A stretch of 64,000 nucleotides of DNA from a virus. Lineage: Duplodnaviria > Caudoviricetes. Numbering within the stretch: the stretch's first letter is position 1; each line of letters begins with the position of its first letter. The notes under the pieces were generated by a model. That model was not told the origin of the DNA and made no database searches. It worked only from the letters and a program-made list of their open reading frames with translations. Location of the stretch: the IMG/VR virus record IMGVR_UViG_3300031993_000016. One strand, given 5' to 3'. The position numbers were made by a program, and so were the translations under genes. Positions 9,328-18,297 of this stretch are shown in pieces.

Positions 9328-11472
9328 CTATGATGAAAATCCCCAACCAATACCAATTGAACCTTCAGGTACATCTGTTATATTAGGTGCTGTGTTTGAG
9401 ATATACAACCGCATTGGGGCAGCTATTGGAGTACCGCTATAGCCTTGATAAGATGTTGTTGCATCATGCCATTCATAAACGTGGTCATAATAATCACCTG
9501 GAGTTTTTACACGATATACAAATCCGGGAAGCGGTGTAGATGCATTAGCAGCGGTAGGTGTTGAGAATGTAGATAACCATGTCTTAGAATACAACGTTGC
9601 GCCGGATACAATCCATGCATCTACACAATTAGTATTTGGACCGAATTCAAGATATGGGCCATAACTGTAATTATAAGTTAAGGTTTCTTTTGCTGATTTC
9701 AATCTCAGACCTAATATGTCGATGGCTCTGTTGTTTCTAAGAGCATTTAGTAATGCTGCCCAAGATAAATCATTATCCGAATTACCATGTGTAAGACGAA
9801 TAGGTGCAGTACCGATGTTGTTTTGATTAGACGGATTAGAAGAAATCTTCATACCTAATACATTTTGATTAAATTCACTTTCGCTTAAATCACGAAGCTG
9901 TGTATCTAATAGTAATGTAAGTGCTGATTGCTTGCCGACTTTTGTCTTAAATACTGTTGGTCTACCTGCACCTTCAAGTGTATCTTGATAGTTATTTGTT
10001 GCACTGATTCCAGGAGCTATGAATACTTGGTCAGAATAACTAGTTCCCGAATCAACTGCAGTATACATATCTGAATAAGTGTTTGAATAGTTGTATACGT
10101 AGAACTGCTCTACGTCAGCTACGTAGAATGAAGTGTACTGTGTCTTATCTGTGTATGCTTGTCCGACACCAGTTTGCACAATCATCTGAAGTCTGCCATC
10201 AGCTCCTCTACTTATTGCATGTGTACCAGGAAATGTAGCCTCATATTGGTATAATCCGTCACGTCCTTGATCACTCATCATTTTAATGGTACCCGGAGCC
10301 ACCACATCTAAAGGATTAAGGAAATGTGCACCAGTTGCATTGATGAATGTACCGTATAATGCTGGTGGGTATATTCCGTTTCTTTGATAAACTGTTAAAA
10401 CAGATTCGCCATCATCTGGAACAGTACCTAATGTAGAAAAATTAGTTACATCATATTGATATCTAGGATTATGCGGATTATCAGAAAATCTTTCCATTCT
10501 ATCTTGATAATATGAATCAGGATTGTAGAACGTTTCAGGTTTACTTGCTTGCATATCTATTACAGATATATCTTTGATACCTTTGTAGGTTGGATCTGCT
10601 ATCTGACCAGTCTCAGGGTCTATAGTAGATGCTGTAGGTGTTACAAGGCCACGTTCATATCCGCTAGTAGCAAAATATCCAATATAAGAATTAGGTACAC
10701 TGAATACAATTTTAGCTGCCCAAGGGAACACTGCAGGACCTAAGAAATCTCCATCAGATGGTGAATTAGTATCGAGTGTAGTATCTGTACCAGAAATACC
10801 TGCAAGTACAGATCTTATGCTAAATCCCGTGAGTAGTACTAATGGATTGCTGGTTATTTTACCTCGTACATGTAGACGAATGGTTGGGTATGAATTTGCA
10901 CCCAAATTAGCTTGGAAATCACTTTGAGGTGGTTGAAATTCTTGATCAGCTTCGCTCCATACACCTGGTTGTAATACAACGCCATCTACAATTTTCAAAT
11001 AATCTACTAACTGCTGCTTCTTAGTAGTATTCCAATCTTGTAATGTTTTTATAGGAACTTTGTTAGTATCTAAATTATCCGCAGATGTCATTTCACCATC
11101 CGGTGCATTTCCTGTACCTGCATAATTAGCAATCAAGCTTCCATAATCTGTAATGCGCGTTGCCCAGTTATTAACAAATACACTACTATCTACATCACCG
11201 TCAAAGAACTGAGCTACAATAGTATTTGCTGCAGCTAATCTAGATGTTGCAGGTAACTGTATCTGTAACATGGTATGACCATCATCGGCAAGTGATGGAT
11301 CAGTATTAGGTACTTTCAATAACATTGAACTACCATTAGTTAAACTTGAAGCTAACCATTCACGTTCTGTTGCAGGCGGCGTGTCTGGATCTTCGCTAAG
11401 ATGCTGTTTTACATATACCTCGTACGCAGAGAGCCCGCACACTCTACCTTCTGACCAAATTTCTTTAGGCAT
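9328..11472 (-). CDS. Putative tail/baseplate structural protein (714 aa)
   Basis: GLSAYEVY...TEREWLASS motif typical of tail-fibre N-termini; C-terminal RLYISNTAP...PEGSIGI. Confidence 0.55.
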   Translation of the reverse strand: MPKEIWSEGRVCGLSAYEVYVKQHLSEDPDTPPATEREWLASSLTNGSSMLLKVPNTDPSLADDGHTMLQIQLPATSRLAAANTIVAQFFDGDVDSSVFVNNWATRITDYGSLIANYAGTGNAPDGEMTSADNLDTNKVPIKTLQDWNTTKKQQLVDYLKIVDGVVLQPGVWSEADQEFQPPQSDFQANLGANSYPTIRLHVRGKITSNPLVLLTGFSIRSVLAGISGTDTTLDTNSPSDGDFLGPAVFPWAAKIVFSVPNSYIGYFATSGYERGLVTPTASTIDPETGQIADPTYKGIKDISVIDMQASKPETFYNPDSYYQDRMERFSDNPHNPRYQYDVTNFSTLGTVPDDGESVLTVYQRNGIYPPALYGTFINATGAHFLNPLDVVAPGTIKMMSDQGRDGLYQYEATFPGTHAISRGADGRLQMIVQTGVGQAYTDKTQYTSFYVADVEQFYVYNYSNTYSDMYTAVDSGTSYSDQVFIAPGISATNNYQDTLEGAGRPTVFKTKVGKQSALTLLLDTQLRDLSESEFNQNVLGMKISSNPSNQNNIGTAPIRLTHGNSDNDLSWAALLNALRNNRAIDILGLRLKSAKETLTYNYSYGPYLEFGPNTNCVDAWIVSGATLYSKTWLSTFSTPTAANASTPLPGFVYRVKTPGDYYDHVYEWHDATTSYQGYSGTPIAAPMRLYISNTAPNITDVPEGSIGIGWGFSS

Positions 11473-11483
11473 GGTATGTCCTC

Positions 11484-12290
11484 CTATTCATCTATCTTAA
11501 ATGTTAAGTCTTTAGCTTTTCGATTCTCTTTTATTGCAAGATTAATAGTTTCTACGTCCATATTATTATCTCTAGCAGCTGCGGATCGACTAGAATAATG
11601 AATATCTCGTTCAACACAATATATCTTAACTGCTCGTCCTTGAGATTTTATTCTCTGTCGTATTGCAGCATGAATTTTATTGCATCTGTCTACATCTACT
11701 ATATCATCTTTATGAAGTTGATAATAATCTTCGGATATGATATGAAACATCCAACCTCGCCCATTATGGGACCTCTTATGTTTATGAATATTATCATGTA
11801 TGCATTCAGATTTTATATATTTCTCTGCAGATTTAATAGATTCAAATATCTCACCTGTGTCATCACATTGAACACGAATTGCAACTACATCTGTTGCTTT
11901 GCATCCGTTTATTCTAGATTGTTCAGGATTAAATAAACCCGTAGCAATTGCATGTTGAGTATTATCTACATAAGTTATCCATTCTAAATTATCTATTGAA
12001 TTGTTTTGTTTATTTCCATCTATATGATTTACACAAGGTAGATTATTTGGATTAGGTAGGAACGTCATTGCTATTAATCTATGAACAGGATATGTTGTTT
12101 CTACACCAGATTTATTCAGTGTTATGTTGTAGTATCCTTGATTTTCAAATGGTGCACGAACAACACCTTTTCGAACATATACATATTTACCATGTTTAAC
12201 TTCCCTATCTAAGCTTCTTATCCTACCTTGATCAGAAGCTTGATAGTAGCTTTCATATCCTGGTATATCTGACCAAATTTCTTCAGGCAT
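11484..12290 (-). CDS. NUMOD4-HNH homing endonuclease
   Basis: EEIWSDIPGYESYYQASDQGRIRS (NUMOD4); VHRLIAMTF...VNHIDGNKQNNSIDNLEW (HNH); C-terminal NUMOD1-like repeats; RBS favours ATG 12290. Confidence 0.9.
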   Translation of the reverse strand: MPEEIWSDIPGYESYYQASDQGRIRSLDREVKHGKYVYVRKGVVRAPFENQGYYNITLNKSGVETTYPVHRLIAMTFLPNPNNLPCVNHIDGNKQNNSIDNLEWITYVDNTQHAIATGLFNPEQSRINGCKATDVVAIRVQCDDTGEIFESIKSAEKYIKSECIHDNIHKHKRSHNGRGWMFHIISEDYYQLHKDDIVDVDRCNKIHAAIRQRIKSQGRAVKIYCVERDIHYSSRSAAARDNNMDVETINLAIKENRKAKDLTFKIDE

Positions 12291-12417
12291 GTAACATGTA
12301 CCTCTTAATGACATATGATAAAAAAGAATCACCCTATATAAGTTATTTGTACTTATATAAGGTGATCCAGTTGATAAGAAGAGAGAAGTGACAGACATAT
12401 CACTGATATTCATATTA

Positions 12418-13575
12418 TTAAGAAACTACTGTCCAAGTTGCAATAGCTGCAGCCGCCGATCCATATGCATCATACGTGTTAGGTGCAATAGAACCAGAAA
12501 TTGCAGACACTTGTCCATTTGTTGTTGTTACAGATAGTGCTAATCCATCCGCACCCGCTGCTTGTGTTTCTGCATGTGCTGCGATATTTAATTTAGATGA
12601 TGTAACACCACCATCTACTAATACTGCAGATATTACATTATTTTGGTCAATAGTTAATTGAACTTGCGTAGCATTCTGTTCTGTGGTATATACATCTACA
12701 AGTGATTTAGCTGCAATGTACAATATATCATCTGTAGCATTTGCAATAACAAGTTTAATGTACTTACCAGCATCTGCAGAAGTTGCTGTGCCGCCAGCGC
12801 CTTTAATAAGTTCAGTTACATCGGTACCTGTAGTATTAAGTACATAGGTTGTATTAGATGTATCCCAATCATACATCTTATTCTGATATTCACCAGCAGT
12901 TGCTACTTTATACACTGTACCTTCTACAGGAGTTAATGGTTCACCACCATCTGTTAAAGACAACCATCCCGCAGATAATGCAGTAGCGCCATCAACAATG
13001 TAAGCTGTGGTGAATATAGATGCATCCCAAAGTTTATTGTTACTGTATGTAATGTCTACAACTGTACCCGATTCAACTACCATATCCTTTGGTATGTTGA
13101 TTTTAGCACCTACAGCTGTTGAACCTTGATAAAGCTGATATGTTGCAGAATATCCAGCATCTGGTGTACCCTCTCGTACAATAGTATATCCAGGTATTTC
13201 AATTGCATCACCTTCCGCAACACCATCTTTTAAAAGTTCATAAGTTGCAATACTACCAGCAGTTGGTGTTGATTTTTCTGTCATTGTGTAAGCTGCAGCG
13301 GCAGGCAAACTTGACATAGTAAGTGTAAGTGTATTAGTAGAAGAATCAAATTGTGCATTAGATACTACATTACCTGAACCTGTAATAACTACAGAAATCT
13401 GTGCATCTACTAATGCTTGTATTTCAGATGCATAATCTTTAGAAATAAGATCAGCACCTACATATATTTGCTTTTCATCTACCGCAAAATAGATAGTATT
13501 TGCATCTCTGACGGATGGTACTGTTTTGCCTGTAGGTACATAGCTAAATAGTACTCTGGAATCTGCAGAAGCCAT
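12418..13575 (-). CDS. Putative virion structural/tail-associated protein
   Basis: A/T/G/V-rich; DANTIYF...IYVG N-terminus; INIPKDMVVESG motif. Confidence 0.55.
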   Translation of the reverse strand: MASADSRVLFSYVPTGKTVPSVRDANTIYFAVDEKQIYVGADLISKDYASEIQALVDAQISVVITGSGNVVSNAQFDSSTNTLTLTMSSLPAAAAYTMTEKSTPTAGSIATYELLKDGVAEGDAIEIPGYTIVREGTPDAGYSATYQLYQGSTAVGAKINIPKDMVVESGTVVDITYSNNKLWDASIFTTAYIVDGATALSAGWLSLTDGGEPLTPVEGTVYKVATAGEYQNKMYDWDTSNTTYVLNTTGTDVTELIKGAGGTATSADAGKYIKLVIANATDDILYIAAKSLVDVYTTEQNATQVQLTIDQNNVISAVLVDGGVTSSKLNIAAHAETQAAGADGLALSVTTTNGQVSAISGSIAPNTYDAYGSAAAAIATWTVVS

Positions 13576-13603
13576 ATATTAAACCTCCTATGATGTATTT
13601 CTT

Positions 13604-14494
13604 CTATGTAGTAACAACATGCCATGTAGGTATGTCGTTTATTCTTGCAATATCCGGATCATTATCGATTACAAGCTGTGCGGTATCTGCAACTGCTTCA
13701 GTAATATCAGCAATTTCAGCTGTAGAAACATGACCGAATTCATCTACCGATACACTGCTGATTAATTCTAGCAAAGTTGCACCGGTGTATGTTTGACTAG
13801 AACCTGTACCAGTATTGTCGTGAGATAACGTTATGCTATTATCAAGTGTTCCGCCTCCAGCTAATCCTGAGCCTGCAGCAACCTCTACATGACTTAGATA
13901 AGCTTGTAGCAGCTCATCTAAAATATCTGCCGTAATTAAATCAAAATTTCTCCAGCAGTTTCCTTCTTCAAACCATTCATAATATTTTGGCTTGCCTAAT
14001 ACATCATTTACTCGAACAATCTTACCATCAGGTACGTTCTTAATTGCATCGCGTTCCTCTACAGTCGCTACAGATATAAAGGCTTGTTCTAATTGTGTTT
14101 TAAGTGCTTGTGAGAAGAATGCTGGTAATCTTTCAGGTGGTATAGGTTCAGGTGTCGGTGGTTCAGGGGGAACCGGTGGTGGTGGCGGTGGCTCTGGAGG
14201 ACACGGTGGTAACGGATTCACTGGAGGATATTGTGGCTCATCTAAATAAGGATAAGGTGGTAATGCATCGTTGTATTTTGTTGATACAATTACTACGCCT
14301 TCTAGTTCCTCTTCAGTGATTGGTAAAACTGTTTCATCAGTTTCGGATGTAATATACCACCCATCTACCATATCACCTTGATACTCATACCAACCATTGT
14401 TTAGAATCCATTTAATTGTTGGATATTTCTGAAGGATTATCACGTTACCTTCAACTAAGCGTATATCGGAATCAGGTACACGTAGGTACTTCAA
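13604..14494 (-). CDS. Putative tail-associated protein with proline-rich linker
   Basis: PPEPPPPPPVPPEPP linker; VATVEERDAI...GKIVRV; AGSGLAGGG.L...TLSH...VDEFGHV fibre motifs. Confidence 0.55.
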   Translation of the reverse strand: MKYLRVPDSDIRLVEGNVIILQKYPTIKWILNNGWYEYQGDMVDGWYITSETDETVLPITEEELEGVVIVSTKYNDALPPYPYLDEPQYPPVNPLPPCPPEPPPPPPVPPEPPTPEPIPPERLPAFFSQALKTQLEQAFISVATVEERDAIKNVPDGKIVRVNDVLGKPKYYEWFEEGNCWRNFDLITADILDELLQAYLSHVEVAAGSGLAGGGTLDNSITLSHDNTGTGSSQTYTGATLLELISSVSVDEFGHVSTAEIADITEAVADTAQLVIDNDPDIARINDIPTWHVVTT

Positions 14495-14519
14495 AGCTTA
14501 TGCACCCCCTCTTCAGAAA

Positions 14520-14774
14520 TTAAATTTCTGCAAAATATATGTCATCGAGATCAGTTTTCTGCAGAGGTTTAATATCACAAGGATTTGCCATGTTAATTAA
14601 ATACCAACCACATACAGGACGATTTCCTCCCCAAGAATACCAACCATGTGACACAATCCAAATAGTTGAATCAAATCTACCAAGTTTGACTCTAGATCCG
14701 TCAAACAGTGTCATGTTGAATTCAGGGATCTCTATAAATAGACGATCAGGCTGTTGTGGATGCTGTTCTGCCAT
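14520..14774 (-). CDS. Small protein, paralog of the N-terminal domain of 13604..14494
   Basis: LFDGSRVKL...WIVSHGWYSWGG...GWYL vs LVEGNVIIL...WILNNGWYEYQG...GWYI. Confidence 0.65.
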   Translation of the reverse strand: MAEQHPQQPDRLFIEIPEFNMTLFDGSRVKLGRFDSTIWIVSHGWYSWGGNRPVCGWYLINMANPCDIKPLQKTDLDDIYFAEI

Positions 14775-14859
14775 AGAAAAAGACCTCACTTTCTAATCTG
14801 AATCTTCACAAATATTAAAGGTTCTTCAGATCAAAAGTAAGGTCTAGCTGCATGCAATT

Positions 14860-15375
14860 TCATATTAATGATTTAGGTCGAGTCGATCTTAGACGTGTAC
14901 GGCAAGTTGGGCATTCTACCCAATCTAGCTCGATAGCTTGTCCACAAACTTTGCAAGTATAATAATCAGCACCAACTGGATCATCTTGCCAACGTCCTGT
15001 AGTTAACATGTTATATACGTAATCTTCGTTTTCTGTTCCATGTTTCTGTGCGATCCTCAATACAATCTGTGTAGTAATTTCATCTAGTTTCTGAGCATTA
15101 GGACATCTTAATCTACACTCTTTGTACCCATCAGATTTCTTAGTTAATGCCCTTCCTAGACGGTGTTGGCGAATTACATCCTCGATGATTTTATCATTCT
15201 TAGCACCGATGATATGACGGATTGGGCTGTACCCTAATCCGCAAGTTATATATAATGTAAGAATATCTACACCCGTATCATGATCTAACTTCTTTTGATC
15301 ACCTTCATAATACACAGGTCGGAATTTAACTACGTCTAGTTCAGTGAATCTAGTTCGTCTTGCCATATCACCCAC
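14860..15375 (-). CDS. Hypothetical protein with C-terminal Zn ribbon
   Basis: CKVCG...CPTC. Confidence 0.65.
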   Translation of the reverse strand: MGDMARRTRFTELDVVKFRPVYYEGDQKKLDHDTGVDILTLYITCGLGYSPIRHIIGAKNDKIIEDVIRQHRLGRALTKKSDGYKECRLRCPNAQKLDEITTQIVLRIAQKHGTENEDYVYNMLTTGRWQDDPVGADYYTCKVCGQAIELDWVECPTCRTRLRSTRPKSLI

Positions 15376-15709
15376 CCCCTACAATATGTCATGAATGTAA
15401 TCCATCTCAAGCCCTAACTCACAATACATAATATCTTCTATTTCGTCATAATCTCCGCCACATTCAAGCACATCATTGATTTCTGCTCGAACGCTATCTA
15501 AAAGACTTTCAGCTTCACTTCGGGTCATATTATCTCGTGACATTAGTATTTCAACTACTTTGTTGATCTTATTTGACATAACATCTGCCTCCTTAGAGCA
15601 TTGATCGTATTTGTTACATCTACATTAACGAAATTACTTTATAAAATTTGAGTCAGAAAACCAATTACCTTCAGGTGATTGGATGAATGGTTATTCTTTT
15701 TGCTATCGC

Positions 15710-16981
15710 CTAAGCGATAGCAGTTGACACTAGAACTGTATCTCTTGCAGACAGTCTTGTTAAGTTATTTAATTTCGGCGTTTTGAAACCTTTCGGCATT
15801 GATGAAAAATCTATTTTGTTACCGCGTGCATTCATAAGAATTGCATATCCAGAAGACATCCTTCCTTGTATGAAATACTCTTTGCCAAAATATTTGACCT
15901 TATCAAATTTTCTGAAGCCACGTATCTTCCCTGTCGGAATTTTCTGCTGGCTTCTAATTCCTTTAGTTTGTTGATAATCTCCTTTAGATACACTCTTTTT
16001 AATATAGACATAGTTTGTTGCAAATAGAGGCTGTTTACCCTCAGATGCAATGACACATGCATCTAAATGGTGGTCTTTAACAATACCTTTCAACGCAAGT
16101 CTGTTAGCTTTTGTCACATAACCAAATGTTTCTGTTGCTCTTGAATATCTTTTTAACAATTGACAGCGAACACTATTCATCTGTGTAGCATACTTAAGTT
16201 GTCCTTTAGCTTTACCACCAAAATTAACTTTGATGCGACCTGCATGTAATGCAGAATGACAAGTATGACAAAGAGTAATCAGATTATCTGCTTCATCACT
16301 GCCACCTTGACTGCGATAGACGATGTGATGAACTTCTAATTTAGAATCTTTGTGTTTACCTTTACATATCTGGCACTTGTAGCTATCTCGATTAAGAACC
16401 CTTGCTTTAGTGTCTTCAAAGCCATAATTAGCGCCTTGCTGGTATCCCCAATGTTTTACTTTTTCATCGGCAAGAGCAGGATTCTTCATCAGATGGCAAT
16501 CAAATGTTGCTGTTTCTAAAACAAGCATCGATATAAGTAATATTGACTTGATATACTCAATCTCTTTGATATGACTGTTCAGTTTACTAATCATTGTAGG
16601 ACTAAATCGGTCTTTCTTGATGCTGTTTCTGCGATTGAGCCATCTCGCTTTGCGGTAGCGTGTTTTTCTGTTTCTGCGATTTCTACGATAGCTTGCTCGC
16701 TGTGTCATTTTGTCTGTGATATCATTTCTGACAATAACTTTTGACATATAAACAATCTTTCCGTCATTAGTAGAAACTGCTGCACCTAATGTTCCAGAAC
16801 CTGTATCAACCCCTAAAGTTAAACTTTGCGTATATTCTGTAGTATCGTAAGTTAACTTGATTGTAAATGGCTCTCGCTTCTTAACTTTTGCTTTGCCTTG
16901 TTTAAGCAATAATCTTGCTATTACATTCGTGCAAGGCATAAGCGGTTTGTTGTCTTTTGACAGAACATAAACCATATACAA
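15710..16981 (-). CDS. iscB: RNA-guided endonuclease IscB
   Basis: PLMP N-terminus; RuvC-I GVDTGS; Arg-rich bridge helix RRNRRNRKTRYR; RuvC-II LVLE; HNH CQIC...EVHH...NLITLCHTCH; RuvC-III HHLDA. Confidence 0.95.
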   Translation of the reverse strand: MYMVYVLSKDNKPLMPCTNVIARLLLKQGKAKVKKREPFTIKLTYDTTEYTQSLTLGVDTGSGTLGAAVSTNDGKIVYMSKVIVRNDITDKMTQRASYRRNRRNRKTRYRKARWLNRRNSIKKDRFSPTMISKLNSHIKEIEYIKSILLISMLVLETATFDCHLMKNPALADEKVKHWGYQQGANYGFEDTKARVLNRDSYKCQICKGKHKDSKLEVHHIVYRSQGGSDEADNLITLCHTCHSALHAGRIKVNFGGKAKGQLKYATQMNSVRCQLLKRYSRATETFGYVTKANRLALKGIVKDHHLDACVIASEGKQPLFATNYVYIKKSVSKGDYQQTKGIRSQQKIPTGKIRGFRKFDKVKYFGKEYFIQGRMSSGYAILMNARGNKIDFSSMPKGFKTPKLNNLTRLSARDTVLVSTAIA

Positions 16982-16994
16982 GTCCTCCTTGTAA

Positions 16995-17263
16995 ATACTC
17001 TGCTTTATGGCAGGTGATGCGTATTCTTATACTGTACCATATAAGAAATCCGACCTCCTCTCGACAATGATAATTAGGCTTTTTACACATATAACACAAG
17101 GCTGTTTTTACTCTCACCTAACTTAATGATATATGACAGAGCAACGGTCTGAGGCGACAACCGTAGGTGTCATGACCTAACTATCGTAGTTAAGATTTCT
17201 CTTAACTTAGTCTGTTGACGCATTTAAGAGAATCCCATTGGCTTTAGCCGATGGGTACGTCAA
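16995..17263 (-). ncRNA. omegaRNA (HEARO-like) scaffold of IscB
   Basis: Non-coding leader of iscB with TTGACG/CGTCAA stem, CAGACTAAG, CTACGATAG, GACACCTACGGTTG...GACCGTTGCTCTGTC and ATTGTCGAG segments; 3' boundary approximate. Confidence 0.8.
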
Positions 17264-17577
17264 GGATATATTGTTCTTTTGTAACAAGTTATCATATTTA
17301 TGTCGGAGTTGCATTCGCAAGTGCTGTCATTCATTGGAAAGAATGTTATCTGTTCTTCGGGTACCTGTAACTCCATAATAACTAGTCGTTTATCATTCTT
17401 TTCTTTGATGAAATTTCGAGCGTGTTGCTCTTGTAAAAAGAATGTTTTACGACCTGTAATCTCTCGTATGATATGTTCACGAATGTATGTAGTAACATCA
17501 TCTCTGTTACATACTAAGTAGCATGTTACAAATCTACCAGATGCTACAGATTTCTTCTTTTTGAATATATTAAACAT
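17260..17577 (-). CDS. Hypothetical protein; its stop codon lies inside the IscB element end
   Basis: ORF track; TGA overlaps TTGACG. Confidence 0.65.
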   Translation of the reverse strand: MFNIFKKKKSVASGRFVTCYLVCNRDDVTTYIREHIIREITGRKTFFLQEQHARNFIKEKNDKRLVIMELQVPEEQITFFPMNDSTCECNSDINMITCYKRTIYP

Positions 17578-17608
17578 ATGATCACCTTCACAATATATTT
17601 GTATGTAT

Positions 17609-17682
17609 CAGCCCTAGTTGGATTTGAACCAACGAATGCAGGAGTCAAAGTCCTGTGCCTTTAACCGCTTGGCGATAGGGCT
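17609..17682 (-). tRNA. tRNA-Gln(UUG)
   Basis: Acceptor AGCCCTA/TAGGGCT; anticodon arm CAGGA-CTTTGAC-TCCTG; T loop TTCAAAT; no encoded CCA. Confidence 0.92.
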
Positions 17683-17818
17683 ATTTTTGATATGGTGACT
17701 CAAAGCTATGCCTCCGCTACGTTTTATCTCCATATCTATTCGTCAAGTGTGTTGACCTTGACGACCTTACGGTGGTTTTTTACATATCGCATAACAACAC
17801 TTGCGGTATGAAGCTCTT

Positions 17819-17900
17819 TGCAGGTAGAGGGACTCGAACCCTCAAGCAAAATTGCGTGCGAGCTTAAATCGCATGTGTATTCCAATTCCACCATACCTGC
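17819..17900 (-). tRNA. tRNA-Leu(UAA)
   Basis: GCAGGTA/TACCTGC; TGCGA-TTTAAGC-TCGCA; long variable arm; GAGGG-TTCGAGT-CCCTC. Confidence 0.92.
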
Positions 17901-17911
17901 TTAAGTTTAAG

Positions 17912-18017
17912 GGCTGATGGTAGGATTCGAACCTACGATGTTCCACTATCAACAAGTTGATCAGTCTTGTATCACTTAGCTTCTCTAAGGCAGCTCGTCC
18001 ACTACTGCTACATCAGC
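17912..18017 (-). ncRNA. tRNA-like RNA with non-canonical anticodon loop and oversized variable region
   Basis: GCTGATG/CATCAGC acceptor; GCAG/CTGC D stem; GTAGG-TTCGAAT-CCTAC T arm; CTTAG-AGAAG-CTAAG in the anticodon position. Confidence 0.75.
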
Positions 18018-18021
18018 TTCG

Positions 18022-18102
18022 TACATCTGGAGGGACTCGAACCCTCAAGCTAACTGCGGCAGATTTTGAATCTGCTGTGTTTACCAGTTTCACCACAGAT
18101 GC
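18022..18102 (-). tRNA. tRNA-Leu(CAA)
   Basis: GCATCTG/CAGATGT; GCAGA-TTCAAAA-TCTGC; GAGGG-TTCGAGT-CCCTC. Confidence 0.92.
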
Positions 18103-18297
18103 GTGTTGACGGCTGTTTCTAAATAAGATCTAGGTTCAATTTAACCAGGAAAGGCAAGGAACTATGAAATCCTATAAAGCTGATTCAATCTACGTCCTGT
18201 ATCTTATCTAGACATTTAACTATTAACTAGCACCGCCTTGCTTGTTTCATATAACGATTTTAGCATTTTTTAGAAGAGGCTGTTACCTTATTTGGAA

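Larger units (their letters stand above)
15652..17263 (-). mobile_element. IS200/IS605-family IscB element (OMEGA system), no tnpA
   Basis: End hairpins CCCATCGGC-TAAA-GCCAATGGG (17233-17255) and CCAATCACC-TGAA-GGTAATTGG (15661-15682) flank omegaRNA and iscB. Confidence 0.85.

Noticed and set aside
13992-14249. Gly-rich plus-strand ORF
   Set aside because: Reverse complement of the proline-rich linker
17912-18017. Calling this RNA tRNA-Phe(GAA) or tRNA-Sec
   Set aside because: A GAA reading needs a loop without U33 and a weakened stem; there is no UCA anticodon or 8-bp acceptor
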